DNA of 59,829 bases from Patescibacteria group bacterium (GTDB lineage: Bacteria; Patescibacteriota; Minisyncoccia; Phycocordibacterales; UBA918): the NCBI GenBank assembly GCA_040386275.1, contig JAZKFU010000003.1, positions 112,554 through 172,382 on the forward strand, read 5' to 3'. The notes below the pieces were generated by a model. That model made no database searches. It was not told the origin of the DNA and saw nothing but the letters and a program-made list of their open reading frames with translations. This document shows, piece by piece, positions 39,265 through 48,898 of the stretch (its first letter is position 1; the number at the start of each line of letters is the position of its first letter). The position numbers were made by a program, and so were the translations under genes.

Positions 39265-40434
39265 ATGTCTGAACACATCATCACCGGTATCGACGTCGGC
39301 ACCTACCAAATTAAGGTAGCGATTGTTCGTGTACCGAAAAATCGTGATGAACGAGCCCTGCCACAAATTATTGGTACCGGCTTTGCTGAAAGTCGCGGTC
39401 TTCGCAATGGGTACATTATTAATGAAGCAGATGTCGTACGCAGTATTCGCAGTGCGGTCGCTCAAGCAGAGAAAGCAGCGGGCGTAAACGTTAAAAAAGC
39501 GTATCTCTCGATTGGAAGTATCGGACTTGATGAAATGGTTTCCACCGGTGAAATTATCACCTCGCGCGCTGATTCAGAGATTACTCAAATTGATATTGAA
39601 AAAGCGACCGCTGATAGTGAAGAGCGTATTGTTGATCATATTCCGAATCGTAAAATCATTCACGCTATTCCCCTGCGGTACCGCATTGATGGTGAAGAAG
39701 TGCTAGGCAAGCCCCAAGGCATGAAAGGCACCAAGCTCGAAGTTGATACGTTATTCATCACCACCTTCGAACAGCACTTAAACGATCTCATCGGCGCTGT
39801 TGAACGTACGGGAGTGTACGTTGAAGATGTGATGGCTTCCCCACTGGCAGCCAGTTTTGTCATCCTCTCCAAAACCCAACGACGAGCCGGCTGCATCATG
39901 GCCAACATTGGAGCCGAGACGGTATCAGTGGTCGTGTTTGAAGACCTCACCCCAATCTCCCTTAAGGTCTTCCCGATTGGCGCTAATGATATAACCAATG
40001 ACATTGCCCTCGGCTTAAAAATTACGCTTGAGGAGGCCGAAAAAATTAAACGAGGTGGTATTACCGGTACGACCTTCCCCAAAAAGAAACTGGAAGAAAT
40101 CATCAATGCACGACTTTCAGACATCTTTGAACTTATTGACTTACACCTCAAGAAAATCAAAAAAGACGGACTCCTGCCTGCCGGAATTATTTTAACTGGT
40201 GGCGGATCAACCACCCTTGGTATCCAGGATTTAGCCCGTACCGCCCTCAATCTTCCTGCTCGTATTGCCACCTTGGAAGTTGGTAAAAATACCAAAGTCC
40301 GCGATGCCTCCTGGGCCGTAGCGTATGGCCTCTGTATGATCGGAGCAAGCGACGAAGCTGATACGTCACCGATAGGGATAGCAAAAGCGACTAAACGCAC
40401 TGTACTCGAATGGTTAAGCCAATTCCTCCCCTAG
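39265..40434 (+). CDS. ftsA: cell division protein FtsA
   Basis: GIDVGTYQIK, SRGLRNG, ANIGAETV, ITNDIA, AEKIK, ILTGGGS. Confidence 0.93.
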   Translation: MSEHIITGIDVGTYQIKVAIVRVPKNRDERALPQIIGTGFAESRGLRNGYIINEADVVRSIRSAVAQAEKAAGVNVKKAYLSIGSIGLDEMVSTGEIITSRADSEITQIDIEKATADSEERIVDHIPNRKIIHAIPLRYRIDGEEVLGKPQGMKGTKLEVDTLFITTFEQHLNDLIGAVERTGVYVEDVMASPLAASFVILSKTQRRAGCIMANIGAETVSVVVFEDLTPISLKVFPIGANDITNDIALGLKITLEEAEKIKRGGITGTTFPKKKLEEIINARLSDIFELIDLHLKKIKKDGLLPAGIILTGGGSTTLGIQDLARTALNLPARIATLEVGKNTKVRDASWAVAYGLCMIGASDEADTSPIGIAKATKRTVLEWLSQFLP

Positions 40435-40440
40435 AGCTTC

Positions 40441-40546
40441 CAGAAATGGCGAATTTCTGCGTTGCGCTGCGGTAAATTTTTACTCACCGTACCGATGTAC
40501 GGCTCGCAATAATTTTCTTGCGCGCCTTGAACTTCATCCCTTTCTG
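40441..40546 (-). repeat. family-C palindromic repeat, copy 4
   Basis: Reverse complement CAGAAAGGGATGAAGTTC...GAGCCGTACATCGGTACGGTGAG...AGAAATTCGCCATTTCTG. Confidence 0.8.
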
Positions 40547-40750
40547 AAAGCTCTAAACTATATCGATTTAACTTTGTATTTAAATAATTTTAGATTTTGA
40601 TTTAAACAAAGTAACATAGATAGTAGTTTGTCAAAGACACACTTGTCACGTTCGTCAATATAGTGACAGGATTTTTTATTACCTGTATGATACAAGTACG
40701 TAACAGTTTGGTGACCCTTACTTACGGAGGTAATTTATATATTTTTATTT

Positions 40751-42001
40751 ATGGAACAAATTAAATCAGACGTAGAATCTTTTGCGCGCATCCGCGTTGT
40801 CGGTGCCGGAGGTTCTGGAAACAATGCCGTCAACTACATGGTTGGCGCCAAAGTGAAGGGTGTCGAGTTCATCGCCATCAACAGTGATGCGCAAGATTTG
40901 CATCACTCACTCGCTAAGAAGAAAATTCACATCGGGAAAAACTTAACCCGCGGTCTTGGTGCTGGGGGAAACCCCGACATGGGACGACGAGCTGCTGAAG
41001 AAACTCGTGAAGAAATTAATAACGCAATCAAAGGATCAGACATGATCTTTATTACCTGTGGTATGGGTGGCGGTACCGGAACTGGTGCTGCTCCCGTGAT
41101 TGCAAAAATTGCTCGCGATAGTGGAGCATTAACTGTTGGCGTCGTCACCAAGCCATTTCTGTTTGAAGGTCAAGAACGAATGCGTTTAGCATTACAAGGT
41201 ATTGAAGAACTCAAGAAAGAAGTTGATGCCTTGATCATCATTCCTAACGATCGCTTACTTGCTATCGTTGATAAAGAAACTACTGTTCAAAATGCGTTCC
41301 AACAATGTGACAATGTTTTGAAACAAGCGGTTGAAGGTATCTCTGACTTAATCACCATGCCCGGTATCATCAACGTCGACTTCGCCGACATCCGTTCCGT
41401 CATGGAAAATGCCGGATCAGCGTTAATGGGTGTAGGAGTATCAACTGGTGAAAAGCGGGCGGAAGAAGCAGCACAAGCCGCCATCAATTCCCCACTTCTA
41501 GAAGTATCAATCACCGGAGCAAAAGGTGTACTGTTTGCAATCGCTGGTGGTGATGATCTAGGAATGCTCGAGATTCAAGATGCCGCTCGAGTAATCACCG
41601 AATCAATTGACCCTCAAGCCCGCGTAATATTCGGAGCTATCAAAGATGAGAAGCTCAAGAAAAATGAAATCAAGGTAACAGTGATTGCCACTGGCTTCCC
41701 GGAAGAAATGGGATCACACAACGCCACCATTTCTCGTCGTGCTCCCGTAGCCCAACCTGAACCAATGGTGATGGAAGAAGAACGAGTACCAGAATCACGT
41801 GGACGCATCTTCAATTCTCTCGGCGGACCACGTCGCGCTGAAGTAGAAGAGGTAGCCGTAAGTGCCCCTCCCCGAGTAGAAACCATGGAACCAAAACCCG
41901 AACTCCCAAGACGCGACCCTAAACCAGTAGATGTGATTGATGAAGAAGAGGACGACTGGGGTGCCGTACCAGCTTTTTTGCGACGATCAAAATTGAAATA
42001 A
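40751..42001 (+). CDS. ftsZ: cell division protein FtsZ
   Basis: GGGTGTG tubulin motif, INVDFAD, C-terminal VPAFLRR. Confidence 0.98.
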   Translation: MEQIKSDVESFARIRVVGAGGSGNNAVNYMVGAKVKGVEFIAINSDAQDLHHSLAKKKIHIGKNLTRGLGAGGNPDMGRRAAEETREEINNAIKGSDMIFITCGMGGGTGTGAAPVIAKIARDSGALTVGVVTKPFLFEGQERMRLALQGIEELKKEVDALIIIPNDRLLAIVDKETTVQNAFQQCDNVLKQAVEGISDLITMPGIINVDFADIRSVMENAGSALMGVGVSTGEKRAEEAAQAAINSPLLEVSITGAKGVLFAIAGGDDLGMLEIQDAARVITESIDPQARVIFGAIKDEKLKKNEIKVTVIATGFPEEMGSHNATISRRAPVAQPEPMVMEEERVPESRGRIFNSLGGPRRAEVEEVAVSAPPRVETMEPKPELPRRDPKPVDVIDEEEDDWGAVPAFLRRSKLK

Positions 42002-42020
42002 TTTTGTTCGTACAAAATAA

Positions 42021-42155
42021 GCTGGTACGGCAAGACGGATCGATGTGAGTCGCCCCTTTCCTAGGGCGACGAAGCAGACCGTCGGGGTCGCGAACACTTA
42101 GTAGATTATGAGTATAACGAAATAATATACTTAGTGATTCGTGACCAGTGCCAGC
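42021..42155 (+). repeat. module-A structured element downstream of ftsZ
   Basis: AGACGGA..ATGT...GTCGGGGTCG..AACACTTAGTA...ATACTTAGTGATTCGTGACC, flanked by GCTGGTAC/GTGCCAGC. Confidence 0.8.
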
Positions 42156-42282
42156 ATTCTCTAAAACTAACTAACATTTCCACCTTTAAAACCCCGGCTT
42201 CGGCCGGGTTTTTTGTTGGGTATAACCCCCCTATTCAAAACATGGTAAACTACTCATCACTTAGCAATTTTCAGTTTTTGAT

Positions 42283-43206
42283 ATGTACGATTTGATTATT
42301 ATCGGAGGAGGACCAGCCGGAGTATCCGCTGGTGTATACGCTGCTCGCAAACGCCTCAAGACATTATTTATAACAGCCGACTGGGGCGGACAAAGTATCG
42401 TCTCAACTGATATTCAAAACTGGATTGGTACTCCCTCTATTGCCGGCAATAAGTTGGCTGAAGACCTACGTACTCACCTCGAATCATACGCTTCCGACAC
42501 ACTGACTGTTCTCTCAGGTAAAACTGCGACCGGGTTAACAAAACTTCCTGATGGAACATTTGAAGCAACAGTAAGTGACGACTCAAAGCACAACGCACGC
42601 GCTATTTTAATTGCCAGCGGTTCAGGTCGTCGCCAGCTCGATGTACCAGGAGCCGCCGAATTTGAACACAAAGGAGTGACCTACTGTGCCAGTTGTGACG
42701 GACCGATGTTTTCTGGTACTGACGTTGTAGTGATTGGTGGCGGTAACGCTGGCTTTGAAAGCGCCGCGCAACTTTTAGCGTACTGTAAGTCAGTGACACT
42801 GATTCACCGACACGATACGTTTAAAGCTGACGCCATCACCGTTGAAAAAGTACTCGCCCACCCAAACATGCGCGTGATAACAAACTCCTCCCCTACAAAA
42901 ATTGAAGGAGAAAAATTTGTTAAAAGTATTACCTATAAAAACGCTCAAGGTGAAGAAACCACATTACCCGTATCAGGTATCTTTGTAGAAATCGGAATGA
43001 TACCAAATACTTCATACGCTAAAGACGCTGTGTCCCTCGATGACTATGGGCGCGTTACCATTGACCCCTGGACCCAAGCCACTACAACTTCAGGTATTTG
43101 GGCTGCTGGAGATTGTACCAACGTAAAATACCATCAAAACAATATAGCAGCCGGAGATGCAGTTCGCGCTTTAGAAGATATATACGTTCATCTGAAGACA
43201 CGTTAG
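42283..43206 (+). CDS. trxB: thioredoxin reductase-like FAD-dependent disulfide oxidoreductase
   Basis: GGGPAG, YCASCDG, VIGGGNAG, WAAGD. Confidence 0.88.
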   Translation: MYDLIIIGGGPAGVSAGVYAARKRLKTLFITADWGGQSIVSTDIQNWIGTPSIAGNKLAEDLRTHLESYASDTLTVLSGKTATGLTKLPDGTFEATVSDDSKHNARAILIASGSGRRQLDVPGAAEFEHKGVTYCASCDGPMFSGTDVVVIGGGNAGFESAAQLLAYCKSVTLIHRHDTFKADAITVEKVLAHPNMRVITNSSPTKIEGEKFVKSITYKNAQGEETTLPVSGIFVEIGMIPNTSYAKDAVSLDDYGRVTIDPWTQATTTSGIWAAGDCTNVKYHQNNIAAGDAVRALEDIYVHLKTR

Positions 43207-43222
43207 ACCTTATTCTAATGAT

Positions 43223-43834
43223 ATGAAAGAAATAGAAACAACTCGAAAGTACTATGACAAGTATGGTGACCTATGGATAAATACCAAAACTAATTCCTTT
43301 GCCCACGAAAAACCATTTCATAAGCTAGTATCTCTGTGGCCTCAAAAAGCTCGTATTATTGATATTGGATGTGCGGGTGGGATTCATGTACCACTCTTTT
43401 TAGGTATTGGCCGGAAGTTAAAATACCAAGGGATTGATATTAGTAAATTATTTATTAAGACAGCAACTCGTCGCTACCCACAACTTAATTTTTTACTTGG
43501 CAACGTGGCTGATAGTACTACTTTACCAAAAACAAAATTTGATGGCTTTTACGCCTCAGCAATTTTAATGCATATTCCATTCGAGCGTTGGGATACAATG
43601 TTTAGCAATATTGAAAACATTAACAAGCCTGGTAGTTTTGGATACATCACACTTCCCATTACTCATCCGAGCGCTGTTAAAAATGAAAATGATGTTCGCC
43701 ACTTCACGATACTCACAGAAGCAGAACAGGTTGCATATCTTAAAAAAAGAAACTGGAAGATTAAAAGCAAGGGTACACTCGACGGTACCAGCACCGCCAA
43801 TGTTTGGAAATACTACATAGTTCAACTGCCGTAA
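43223..43834 (+). CDS. class I SAM-dependent methyltransferase
   Basis: IIDIGCAGG, YQGIDIS, FDGFYASAILMH. Confidence 0.85.
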   Translation: MKEIETTRKYYDKYGDLWINTKTNSFAHEKPFHKLVSLWPQKARIIDIGCAGGIHVPLFLGIGRKLKYQGIDISKLFIKTATRRYPQLNFLLGNVADSTTLPKTKFDGFYASAILMHIPFERWDTMFSNIENINKPGSFGYITLPITHPSAVKNENDVRHFTILTEAEQVAYLKKRNWKIKSKGTLDGTSTANVWKYYIVQLP

Positions 43835-44027
43835 TATCATAAAAGCAAAAGGCATCCTTGCGGATGCCTTTTGCTTTTGTACAACGTAGAGAATTAGATT
43901 TGCGTGCCCCAAAACCTTGAAAGGTTTTTAATATGGAGAAAATCACCACCACGCAAACCTAATACAAGCTTCTCATATATGAGTACGCAATAAAAGAAAA
44001 TTAAATACCCTTATTTTTCAATCACGC

Positions 44028-44059
44028 TGTGCATAACCCGTGGATAAGCCGGTGGGTAA
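44028..44059. promoter_or_regulatory. three phased DnaA-box-like 9-mers
   Basis: TGTGCATAA (44028), CGTGGATAA (44039), GGTGGGTAA (44051) versus consensus TGTGNATAA. Confidence 0.45.
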
Positions 44060-44185
44060 ACCAGGGCAAAACTAAGTACATAAATGGGTGCGTAAGTGCC
44101 AAAGATAAGTTAGTGAACTTTTGATTGATTCTACCCTTTCTGAATCTCAATTTAAGGAATGGTATACTCAAGCTCTCGAACTTTC

Positions 44186-44272
44186 GGAAACGTGTCTGAG
44201 TGGTTGAAGGTACCGGTTTCGAAAACCGGCAGGGGCGAAAGCTCCTCGGGAGTTCGAATCTCCCCGTTTCCG
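44186..44272 (+). tRNA. tRNA-Ser(CGA)
   Basis: GGAAACG...CCGGT TTCGAAA ACCGG long variable arm GGGAG TTCGAAT CTCCC CGTTTCC G. Confidence 0.95.
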
Positions 44273-44278
44273 CTTTTT

Positions 44279-44442
44279 AAAATACCATCCAAGATGGTTA
44301 TTTTATTATGCGGAACGGGAGTCAGTGATTCAGTATCACTGACGTGAGATTCGAAGCTGTTGCCAGCTCTATTGGGAGTTAACGAATCAATAGAGCGACA
44401 ACGGGTACTGAAGCTGTAGGCTTCGAATCTCACCGTTTCCGC
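44279..44442 (+). repeat. tRNA-Ser trailer element (terminator, inverted 3'-strand copy split by 26-nt hairpin, module B, direct copy)
   Basis: GCGGAACGGG[44320-44345]GAGATTCGAAG ... CTTCGAATCTCACCGTTTCCGC (44421-44442). Confidence 0.88.
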
Positions 44443-44570
44443 AGTAAATAGCCCAACCCTTTACCCACTAGCTATTTTTAGCTTTTTTGGTATGATGGGG
44501 CGCACCAACAGTTCAGGAGTGACCCCTATGAAATAGGCTCTGAACCAAGGAACAAACAGACCATAAAATT

Positions 44571-44642
44571 GGTCCCATCGTCTAACGGTTAGGACATCAG
44601 GTTTTCATCCTGAAAATCGGAGTTCGATTCTCCGTGGGATCA
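44571..44642 (+). tRNA. tRNA-Glu(TTC)
   Basis: GGTCCCA TC GTC TAACGGTTAG GAC A TCAGG TTTTCAT CCTGA AAAT CGGAG TTCGATT CTCCG TGGGATC A. Confidence 0.95.
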
Positions 44643-44845
44643 CAGAGGCAAAACAAAAATACACCCCTTAGTTAAGGGGTGTATTTTTGTTTTAGAAAGC
44701 AAAGAGTTTTGCTTTCGGCCTCTGTGATAGACGGAGTCATGTTTTTCCTCTCCCTGGAGAAAAAACAGACGAGTCGGGGTCGAGAACACTTAGTATAATT
44801 TGTACGAAGTGCAATATTATACTTAGTGATTCGTGACCACACAGA
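44643..44845 (+). repeat. tRNA-Glu trailer element (long palindrome, 24-nt bulged hairpin, module A)
   Basis: Hairpin 44694-44717; module A 44729-44838. Confidence 0.85.
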
Positions 44846-45000
44846 CACATATGCAAAGTTCGTTTAGAACTTTTCAATTTGATCCCACAAGCAACAGTAT
44901 TACTACACCGTTACGTAAAAATCAACACCTAATTAGGACCACGGCATTATACTTTGATACTCCGCCAACTACCCTTAGCAGACTTTGATATACTGGTACC

Positions 45001-45543
45001 ATGCAAGAAAAATACGGAAAAATAATTTTCCTCAATGGCGCAAGTAGTTCAGGTAAAACCTCAATTGCCACCTTACTCCAACAGAAAATTGAACTACCCT
45101 TTTGGCATATTTCAATTGATCATTTAAGAGATGCCGGGGTACTACCATTAGAACGCATCAGAAGTGGAGAGTTTAATTGGCAAGAATTACGAGAATCATT
45201 TTTCTCTGGTTTTCATCACTCACTTCCCCAATATGCTAAAGCGGGAAATAATTTAATTATTGAACATATTATTGAAACCCAAGAATGGAAGCAGTTACTG
45301 ACCGAATTACTAAAACCGTTTGATGTGTTTTATGTCTGTCTACACTGCGAACTAGGAGAATTGGAACGTCGTGAAAACCATAGATCTGACAGACCTATCG
45401 GTGATGCACGAAAGGATTTTGAAGTTCTTCAAACTCTACCTATGCATTACGATTTAGAAGTTAACGCCGAATTGCCGGTGGAAGAAAATGTTGATGTGAT
45501 ACTTTCTCAGTGGCGACTACGAAGTAAACCTGAACTTTTATAG
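45001..45543 (+). CDS. chloramphenicol phosphotransferase (CPT)-like P-loop kinase
   Basis: IIFLNGASSSGKTS, FWHISID, GNNLIIEH, ERRENHRSDR, YDLEV. Confidence 0.85.
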   Translation: MQEKYGKIIFLNGASSSGKTSIATLLQQKIELPFWHISIDHLRDAGVLPLERIRSGEFNWQELRESFFSGFHHSLPQYAKAGNNLIIEHIIETQEWKQLLTELLKPFDVFYVCLHCELGELERRENHRSDRPIGDARKDFEVLQTLPMHYDLEVNAELPVEENVDVILSQWRLRSKPELL

Positions 45544-45671
45544 GGCCTGACTAACGTGATTTCATTGTAATAAATTTTTTGACTCACCGCAAAATTTATG
45601 GTTAAATAAATTTAGAACTACAAATACCAAACCCCGGGCAATGTGCCCTAGATCATTGAAATGAGGACAAG

Positions 45672-46568
45672 ATGAAAATCAACACCGCAAAAGCAGAAAT
45701 CGGAACCACCCTGAAAACTGAAATTTTGGTTTTGGAAAGTCAAAAAAAGAAACTGAAAAAAGAACTCGCTAAACTGACAAAGGAATTTGAAAAAATCCGT
45801 ACTAAGTTGGGAGTTGAATACAAGAAAGTTCCTGCTTTAGCCAAGGAACTTAGAGCCATTAAAGTTCATGGTACAAAGAAAGAGTTGGCTCTTCATAAGA
45901 AATTAGATGACTGCGTGGAAAGTAATGAAAAACTTCAAGTTGTCCGTGAAGAGTATACGACCAAGATTGAGAAGTTGAAGGAAGAACTTACCAATCTTGA
46001 GTTGAAATTGATGGTGCTTAAAGAAAGAGAGCTCAGTAAGATTGATGCTAACGATGAAATGATTACCCAGGTTTTTGCACTCAACGATGCAATGGTGCAG
46101 GCCTCTACAGCACGTGAACAGTTTCTCAAACGACATGTGTTTCCTTTCTTGATTGATGAGAATGGAAACATGCGGAGCCAGATAACACACACAACCTCAG
46201 ACGAACTAAGGAAAATGGTAGTGATGGTTAACACCTTAACTATCATGAAACCGGATTTGGCTGCTGAAGCCCAACGTGAAGTCCAAAGTTTCTTTGATCG
46301 TTTTGAGAAGCCCTCCCTGGCAGACCCGTATGTCGAAGCAATGTTCACCATAACACGTCAGCTCCTCGTAGAGAAAACCACAGTTAAAGTTGGGCCAAAT
46401 CTTTCACGGTTTATCTCGATGGAACTTGATGGTGAAATATTTCCTGAATTGGCTCGAGCACAGCTTCTCTACAAACAAAGCATCTGGTCGAAGAAAACTA
46501 ACTCGTACATCCGACTTTATGCACGTCAAAGTAAGCATGACAAATTTGAAGTCGTCCCGCAATCCTAG
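45672..46568 (+). CDS. coiled-coil hypothetical protein
   Basis: Heptad-rich N-terminal half, SD GAGG, downstream hairpin 46585-46620. Confidence 0.7.
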   Translation: MKINTAKAEIGTTLKTEILVLESQKKKLKKELAKLTKEFEKIRTKLGVEYKKVPALAKELRAIKVHGTKKELALHKKLDDCVESNEKLQVVREEYTTKIEKLKEELTNLELKLMVLKERELSKIDANDEMITQVFALNDAMVQASTAREQFLKRHVFPFLIDENGNMRSQITHTTSDELRKMVVMVNTLTIMKPDLAAEAQREVQSFFDRFEKPSLADPYVEAMFTITRQLLVEKTTVKVGPNLSRFISMELDGEIFPELARAQLLYKQSIWSKKTNSYIRLYARQSKHDKFEVVPQS

Positions 46569-46690
46569 GTTCTATGCCCTACAAACTTCCCGCCATGTCC
46601 TTTGGACCGTGGCGGGAATTTTTTTATTACTGACTATACTGAAATAAAATAGTCGCTATTATTTAGTATTTTTGCTAGGATGCTGGAACT

Positions 46691-47257
46691 ATGAACATCA
46701 CGTCCGCTAAATTTATAAAAGGAATTATGGGTACTGACCCGATTCTCGAAGACGAGCTACCCCAAATAGCGTTTATTGGTCGTTCTAATGCGGGCAAATC
46801 AAGCCTACTCAATTCGCTTACCAATACTAAAAATCTAGCCATCACCAGTGACACTCCAGGTCGAACGCGACAGCTTAATATTTTTTTAATTAATGAGTCA
46901 CACTATTTTGTAGACCTACCGGGCTATGGCTATGCCAAAGCCGGATTTCAGACGCTCGAAAAACTAGAGAAACTCATTTCTTGGTATTTACTTGATTCAC
47001 ACTATAATCCTGCTGTAGTGCTTTTAATTGATTCGCTCGTGGGTCCTACCAGAGATGATTTGGCGATGCTCAAAGAACTAGAACGAGCGGGCAGGAATAT
47101 CATTGTCGTAGCAAATAAAGTAGACAAGATACCAAAATCACAATACCAACATCAACTAAAAAAGCTGGCAACGTTAATTCGCGGTCATAAAATTTACCCC
47201 TATTCCTCAAAAACTAAAGTGGGTATTCCTGAGTTAACAAATGTTTTGTTACACTAA
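46691..47257 (+). CDS. engB: ribosome biogenesis GTP-binding protein YihA/YsxC
   Basis: GRSNAGKSS, TPGRTRQLN, VDLPGYGY, NKVD. Confidence 0.95.
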   Translation: MNITSAKFIKGIMGTDPILEDELPQIAFIGRSNAGKSSLLNSLTNTKNLAITSDTPGRTRQLNIFLINESHYFVDLPGYGYAKAGFQTLEKLEKLISWYLLDSHYNPAVVLLIDSLVGPTRDDLAMLKELERAGRNIIVVANKVDKIPKSQYQHQLKKLATLIRGHKIYPYSSKTKVGIPELTNVLLH

Positions 47258-47746
47258 AGCAAGGGCTGCTTTCTTCGCTTCTTTTTGTAAGACCTTTATA
47301 TCCTTAAGTAATTCTAACGCGTGATTGGCCGGGTCAACATTCGGATAGGCTTTGGCGATTTTTCCTTCGGGGTTAATGAGGTAGGATATACGATTAGTCC
47401 CCCGTACTGTTTTTCCATACATTTGTTTTTCTACAAAGGCTCCGTACTTATCCATCATTTCCATAGTTGGGTCAGACAATAAGGTAAACGGGAGGGTGTA
47501 TTTTTCGGCAAATTTTTTGTGAGATTTGGGCGTATCTTTACTTACCCCAATCACGGACACTTTCATCTTTTTAAAATCATTGTAGACGTCGGCTATCATA
47601 CAGGCTTCTTTGGTACAGCCTGGAGTATCGTCTTTTGGGTAAAAATAAAGCAACGTCCACTTTCCCACATAATGCTTGAGAGTATGCATAACAGAGTCCT
47701 GGTCAAGTAATGAAAATGCTGGTGCTTTACGGCCGATTTTTAACAT
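47249..47746 (-). CDS. bcp: thioredoxin-dependent peroxiredoxin BCP
   Basis: YFYPKDDTPGCTKEAC, GVSKD, FTLLSD. Confidence 0.93.
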   Translation of the reverse strand: MLKIGRKAPAFSLLDQDSVMHTLKHYVGKWTLLYFYPKDDTPGCTKEACMIADVYNDFKKMKVSVIGVSKDTPKSHKKFAEKYTLPFTLLSDPTMEMMDKYGAFVEKQMYGKTVRGTNRISYLINPEGKIAKAYPNVDPANHALELLKDIKVLQKEAKKAALALV

Positions 47747-47867
47747 ACAAAATATAGATTAGAATTCCAGTATACCAAAGTGATATTGCGCTTTAGGTAC
47801 TCTTCTGTTCAAAAAGTAATCCCCATTAAATGTATCAAGCACGTATGATACACTACGAGCCATACCT

Positions 47868-48617
47868 ATGCTGAAACTGATTTCTGTAAATATGGAGGGT
47901 GAAAAGCATTTCCCGCGCATTCTCAATCTGATTGCTACCGAAAACCCTGATGTTATTTGTCTCCAGGAATGTACTGAGGAATTCCTCCGTATTTTACAAA
48001 AGCATGGCTTCACCACCACATTTTGTGTGATGCGCTGGCAAATCCAAAATGACGTTGCGTACCAAGAAGGCAACGCAATAGCGACCAAAGTTCCGCACAC
48101 CGCAATAAGCAAACATTTCTATCGTCCTGATCATACACTGCCGACCACAGTACCAACGCCAAACGACTTAAAGCACCATAATATTATTATTGCCCAGGTA
48201 CCTGATAGTGACGGTACTGTCTACACTATCGCCACCACGCACGGTATCTACACCAATAATGGCCTGCCCGACGAACATCAGCGAGAAGGCATTAAAAAAA
48301 TGTTAAGTTTGATGACTGCAGAAAAATCACATATTTTATGTGGTGACTTTAACATTCCTCGCGGCATCAATAACCTCTACGAAGAAATAACCAAGCACTA
48401 TACGGACACTATTCCCCCCGACTATACCAGCAGCCTCGACCGTACCTGGCACGTACATGGAAAAAATCCAAATCTGACTGAACCAATCTTTGATTCCTAC
48501 ATGGTTGACTACCTCTTTACCAAGCCAGAATATACGGTCAGTGACGTCCGCCTCCATTTTGGTGTTTCCGATCATGCTGCTGTAGTAGCACATATCGAGA
48601 AAGCCCACATAAACTAG
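47868..48617 (+). CDS. endonuclease/exonuclease/phosphatase family protein
   Basis: ISVN, DVICLQE, ILCGDFN, VDYLF, SDHAAV. Confidence 0.88.
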   Translation: MLKLISVNMEGEKHFPRILNLIATENPDVICLQECTEEFLRILQKHGFTTTFCVMRWQIQNDVAYQEGNAIATKVPHTAISKHFYRPDHTLPTTVPTPNDLKHHNIIIAQVPDSDGTVYTIATTHGIYTNNGLPDEHQREGIKKMLSLMTAEKSHILCGDFNIPRGINNLYEEITKHYTDTIPPDYTSSLDRTWHVHGKNPNLTEPIFDSYMVDYLFTKPEYTVSDVRLHFGVSDHAAVVAHIEKAHIN

Positions 48618-48655
48618 AAAAAGTAAAAAGACCAACTCCTAAGTGCGGAGCTGGT

Positions 48656-48898
48656 CTAAATGAGGATGGGGTCACCACCATAAAAGTAGTATTTAATCCC
48701 ATCAATTTTGATGTCATACTGAAACCAGTAGCTCATCGAGGCATTATCGTGAATCACGTATCCATCATCGTCTTCGGGCCACTTTTGCAGAGAAACATAA
48801 AGGTTGCCGAGATCAACAATTTGACGAAGTTCACCCATCCCCAACGGTTTTACAATCGCTTCACGAATCTTTTCAATCGCCATCTCAGTTATTTTCAT
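48656..48898 (-). CDS. small hypothetical protein translationally coupled to the kinase
   Basis: ATGA overlap with the upstream kinase stop; 80 aa. Confidence 0.5.
   Translation of the reverse strand: MKITEMAIEKIREAIVKPLGMGELRQIVDLGNLYVSLQKWPEDDDGYVIHDNASMSYWFQYDIKIDGIKYYFYGGDPILI

Noticed and set aside
39660-40400. 246-aa minus-strand ORF, and the 342-aa ORF at 23124-24152
   Set aside because: Antisense shadows of ftsA and the SPFH gene, with no recognisable domain.
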